Source: Candidatus Saccharimonadales bacterium (lineage in GTDB: Bacteria > Patescibacteriota > Microgenomatia > Curtissbacterales > GWA2-41-24). Taken from it: DNA of 48,598 bases. Below are positions 48,527 to 48,598 of the stretch, in pieces (position 1 is the first letter of the stretch; every line of letters starts with the position of its first letter). A program made the position numbers and the translations under genes. Below the pieces are notes generated by a model that did no database searches, was not told the origin of the DNA, and worked only from the letters and a program-made list of their open reading frames with translations. The stretch spans positions 1 through 48,598 of the forward strand of contig DATIHT010000093.1 in assembly GCA_035480415.1 (NCBI GenBank). The letters run 5' to 3'.

Positions 48527-48597
48527 TGCGGGATCGTCTAATGGCAGGACAGCAGCCTTTGGAGCTGCTTATCTAGGTCCGAATCCTAGTCCCGCAG
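48527..48597 (+). tRNA. tRNA-Gln (anticodon UUG)
   Basis: Manual cloverleaf: acceptor TGCGGGA/TCCCGCA (U1-A72, discriminator G as in bacterial tRNA-Gln), D-stem GTCT/GGAC, anticodon stem GCAGC/GCTGC with loop CTTTGGA, T-arm CTAGG-TCCGAAT-CCTAG. It abuts the window end. Confidence 0.8.
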
Positions 48598-48598
48598 C

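Noticed and set aside
1-48598. Alternative genetic code (UGA recoding, as in some CPR lineages).
   Set aside because: Conserved genes end at TGA, TAA or TAG at the expected lengths (for example the LOG-family gene and ppsA end at TGA). No conserved protein is interrupted by an in-frame TGA.

Overview
Densely coding, moderately AT-rich bacterial chromosomal segment. Its style (short proteins, split transketolase, TM-anchored exported proteins, a four-helix-bundle gene, a GIY-YIG gene beside a tRNA) suggests a reduced-genome Patescibacteria/CPR-type organism; this is inference only. About 55 CDS are supported. They include a REC-only response regulator, a LivK-like binding protein and a dCache-PAS histidine kinase; xseA-xseB; a short holA-like gene; a 765-aa secreted lectin/FN3 protein followed by a metzincin; and ppsA-eno-gpmI. 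Also present are an ECF-like sigma factor, rsmI, an Nramp-related transporter, an alkA-like glycosylase, typA, a Znu/Tro-type metal ABC importer, a glutaredoxin-like protein, a beta-CASP nuclease and an FAD-linked oxidase. A carbon-metabolism block holds split tkt, glycerate kinase, rpe, a LOG-family protein, a PfkB kinase and a 2-hydroxyacid dehydrogenase, followed by DUF1003, coaBC, VIT1 and PAP2 genes. There are two tRNAs, Glu(UUC) and Gln(UUG). I found no rRNA, CRISPR array, transposase, integrase, reverse transcriptase or recognisable defence gene. The unusual signals are non-coding. (1) A four-helix-bundle (IVS-protein/Avd family) gene sits between inverted arms, and ORF-less copies of those arms fill at least four other spacers. 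(2) A GIY-YIG gene is bracketed by perfect 57-nt repeats that are interrupted copies of the 5' end of the adjacent tRNA-Gln; tRNA-Glu has an analogous 5' duplication. (3) A hairpin with an invariant AA/CA internal loop and covarying stems recurs upstream of four promoters. (4) About 20 genes have a -10 box 6-9 nt from the start codon, implying leaderless mRNAs. (5) Short tandem arrays (TGATAC x4 twice, inverted CAGGTAA octamers, (CT)9) and a four-segment alternative-pairing leader lie upstream of genes. No protein-based novel system can be demonstrated from sequence alone. The hypothetical gene pairs are flagged at low confidence.
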